The notes under the pieces were generated by a model. The model was not told the DNA's origin. It did no database searches and saw only the letters and a program-made list of their open reading frames with translations. Below are positions 61,201-64,000 of a stretch of DNA of 64,000 nt, piece after piece. This DNA is from Phoronis australis. Its lineage: Eukaryota; Animalia; Phoronida. The DNA lies in assembly GCA_002633005.1 (NCBI GenBank), contig NMRA01000154.1:182216-246215 (forward strand), in the 5' to 3' direction. Numbering within the stretch: the stretch's first letter is position 1; every line of letters begins with the position of its first letter. The translations under genes and the position numbers were made by a program.

Positions 61201-64000
61201 TTTTATTATTAAAATCGTATGACTATCTGGAAAGCAAGTGCAAACAACCACTGATAATAGGTAATTGTGTAAGATCAAACATAACGTTTATTAGTTATTT
61301 CAGAGACGAGTGTAAAGCCAGTCACTCTTTACATGCGTATTTAGAATGTCAATATCACGAACATTGAATGATCAATCGACAGGTAACCCAGCACATAGCT
61401 AATCATTTTAAAATGTTGGCGTAAGAGCTAGTATTGTTTAAACCCATTTAATTTGACATTTTGTAAATTCAGTTTCCCGCAAGACACATTTCTGATCCCG
61501 GTGTCTTCGTAGGTCTGACCCAGGTACTTATAATTGTATTGGGCTGTGTTTCGTACGTGTTCGCTCCCCCGGTGATGTCTGAATATAAGTGTTCGTTGTA
61601 ACGGTACAGTTGACCTTTCACGCAAGGATACAAACATGGAGGTTTGCATGACTCAGTAATTACATTCTTTTATAGTGTTATATAAGTATTCAATGGAGAG
61701 TGCTTTACTAAACAGAATCTTGCAAAGTGAATATTCAGAAAACCGACCGTCTGACAGCCTGACTAAAATTCTTAGGAATAAATTAAGGAATTTAATGACA
61801 ATGTTTAAGTTAGTTTAGCAACATTTTCACAAAAAAATACGAGATTGCAGGAAAAATTGCAGGACCTCATATCATTACCCAGACTTACTTAATAACCAGT
61901 AAAACAAAATGTTCCGAATACTGAGGTGCTTAAAAAGTTGGCATCAGATGAACAGTTCATAGAACTGCCTCGGGTTTTGGAGCTGAAAAGCATTGATCAC
62001 TTACTCAGAGACCGGTGGAGTTGATTTTCAGACACTTCAGGCCACACTTAACAACACGTGACGTCATGGATGGATGTTACCCATCATTTGCTGGTCCAGA
62101 AACACAAAATACGTCACACATGTGGCCATACTGCATGCGCACACCCATGTGGCCACACTGTATGGTCAAGTCTGAACCCAGTGACGCTAGATGCATCGTG
62201 AGAGCTTTGTAAAATAAACTCACGAGCTTGCTAGTGGACGCCTGAAAAAATGTCCAGCACAGAAAGTGATTGCAAGGTTACGGCAGCATGTTGAATAGCA
62301 GGGAAATGGCACGTTCTGTTGTATAAGCGACGATTTCTCACCGCAGGTGTTACTGAAATTGACCTTGGTTTGCGCAGGAGCTCTCAACTTCCTGTAGCAG
62401 TCGTTCTTACTCTTGCCCGAGTGCCAGCGAGTTGTCACGTGTTAATGTAGAGAGGAAAATAGTTCCACAAAGCCTCGGAATGGCCATGACCTACGGATCA
62501 CGTGCCGTGCAAGACAACAGACATCTATATGAAGAGTTTTGGCCACAAGTTTTTGTCCACTGTATTGCATACAGATGGCATGCTGATTCACGAGTTTCAC
62601 AGCAGGAGTTTCGTCAACCATATCAGCAACACCAAACGTCCAGCTCAGCCTGCTGTAGACGACACACTTAGAGGGAGACTTTAAAGCATTATCCATTCAA
62701 CACGTAGTCAGACGTTCACATCTTCCCGAGAACAGAGAGGCATGTTACCGCTCTGAAGACTCCGCCACACTGGACAAACTCATGCCAGGCCTGCCTCCCG
62801 TTCAGTAATGTTAGGACCTCGCTAAAAAGCAAGACTTCGCGTAGGTCCTACGTTACTGAACGCACGCCTGGCAATCTTACGGAAGTAGGTGAACATCTTG
62901 TACGGCACAGAAACACCTACATGTAGATATTTGGGCATGCCAAAGCGGAACACTGGCATTCTCCTAAAATTTAGGAAGCCAAACACACCAAGGCTTGTCG
63001 TTTCCAGCACGAGCCTTGGTAACGGCCAGTAACGCTTCACGTTGGTGTGTACGATGCAATTACATTTCTAACTGCCAAATTGGTGTTCATGGCGGTCAAT
63101 GACGAAAGTGATTTGTGGGGGAAGTGACGAGACACCTAGATGTCAATTCTACCAGTCTCTTAACCAAGCAAGCATGCTTTTCCAGCTCAGCGCTAAAATA
63201 CGTGTCTATTGCGGCGCTTTTAAGTGATCTGCACCACGTAGTGTTTGTAAAAAATATGAAAATGTCCGAAATTGACAAAAATAGAAAATTTTAGGAAAGC
63301 CTAAAATTTTGGGAATTTAAGGAACGTCGGAGAGCCTTAGAATAGTAACGCAACATGAATAAAAATGACTCGGAAGATTCCACAACCTTTTGTATTAGTT
63401 TGGACATGTTTATGTTTTATTTAGCAGAGTGTCATGGTTAGCCAAAAATCAACTGAGAAAATTTATCACAAATAGTAAAATTGTTCTCAAATATTCCGTT
63501 ACTCATTTTACAACTAGTGATGTTCCCATTGTTACAAAACGAATGGTTTCAGTTTTGTAATTTCATGTTATAAAGCAACCCGAAATTGATGACAAAAAGT
63601 TTGTAAAATGTGTTATAAGGAATCCAAGACGAAAAGGAACATAGCTTATCAAAAAGGTAACGCCATACATCAGTCGTTCTCTTACGGGGAAAGAAACGGG
63701 AAACTACTTTTCAAATTGAAACAATAACTTAAATCTTTCCAGATTATTTTTGTAGTTTGTTTTCTTAATTTCAAAGTCTTCAATGTGCTGACAAAATGGT
63801 TCTATATTTGTTGAAAGCGAACTTGTTGCCACGTGTTCGTTGTCAAATCCCTTAAGACTACTGTAACTGTCTCTTCTCTGGTTGGCAACGTTTACAACTA
63901 CACCCATTGTTCATCCTACGTGTCAAAGGGACACGCCACCCACTGTCATAACGTCTTGGTACAAAACAAGTACAATAATTTAGTGAAATTGCCCAGGTTC

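Noticed and set aside
58241-64000. COUP-TF DNA-binding zinc-finger exon
   Set aside because: No CEGCKS/C4 zinc-finger sequence found in the window; it presumably lies beyond 64000.

Overview
Animal (invertebrate bilaterian-looking, AT-rich) genomic DNA with introns, not prokaryotic. Two genes converge tail-to-tail. (1) The + strand carries the 3' half of a class IX myosin (Myo9): 14 phase-consistent GT-AG exons from 938 to the stop at 20555. They encode the pre-C1 tail, C1 zinc finger, RhoGAP domain, coiled coil and a C-terminal EIIV. Two candidate symmetric alternative micro-exons (48 nt, 24 nt) are also present. (2) The - strand carries the last two coding exons of COUP-TF/NR2F/seven-up (58240-57710 and 43339-43062); the DNA-binding exon lies beyond the window end. 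The rest is intron and intergenic DNA with MITEs, a Helentron-type HINE, minisatellites and fold-backs. Most interesting observations: a Myo9-NR2F convergent linkage that mirrors human MYO9B-NR2F6; a 55-bp tandem array of CTCF(+YY1)-like sites at the Myo9 3' end, near an apparent CpG-poor to CpG-rich transition; two unrelated fold-backs whose arms each carry a Penelope-type minimal hammerhead ribozyme core; and micro-exons with RBFOX/SRRM-type context. All coordinates and translations were read by eye and no database search was run.
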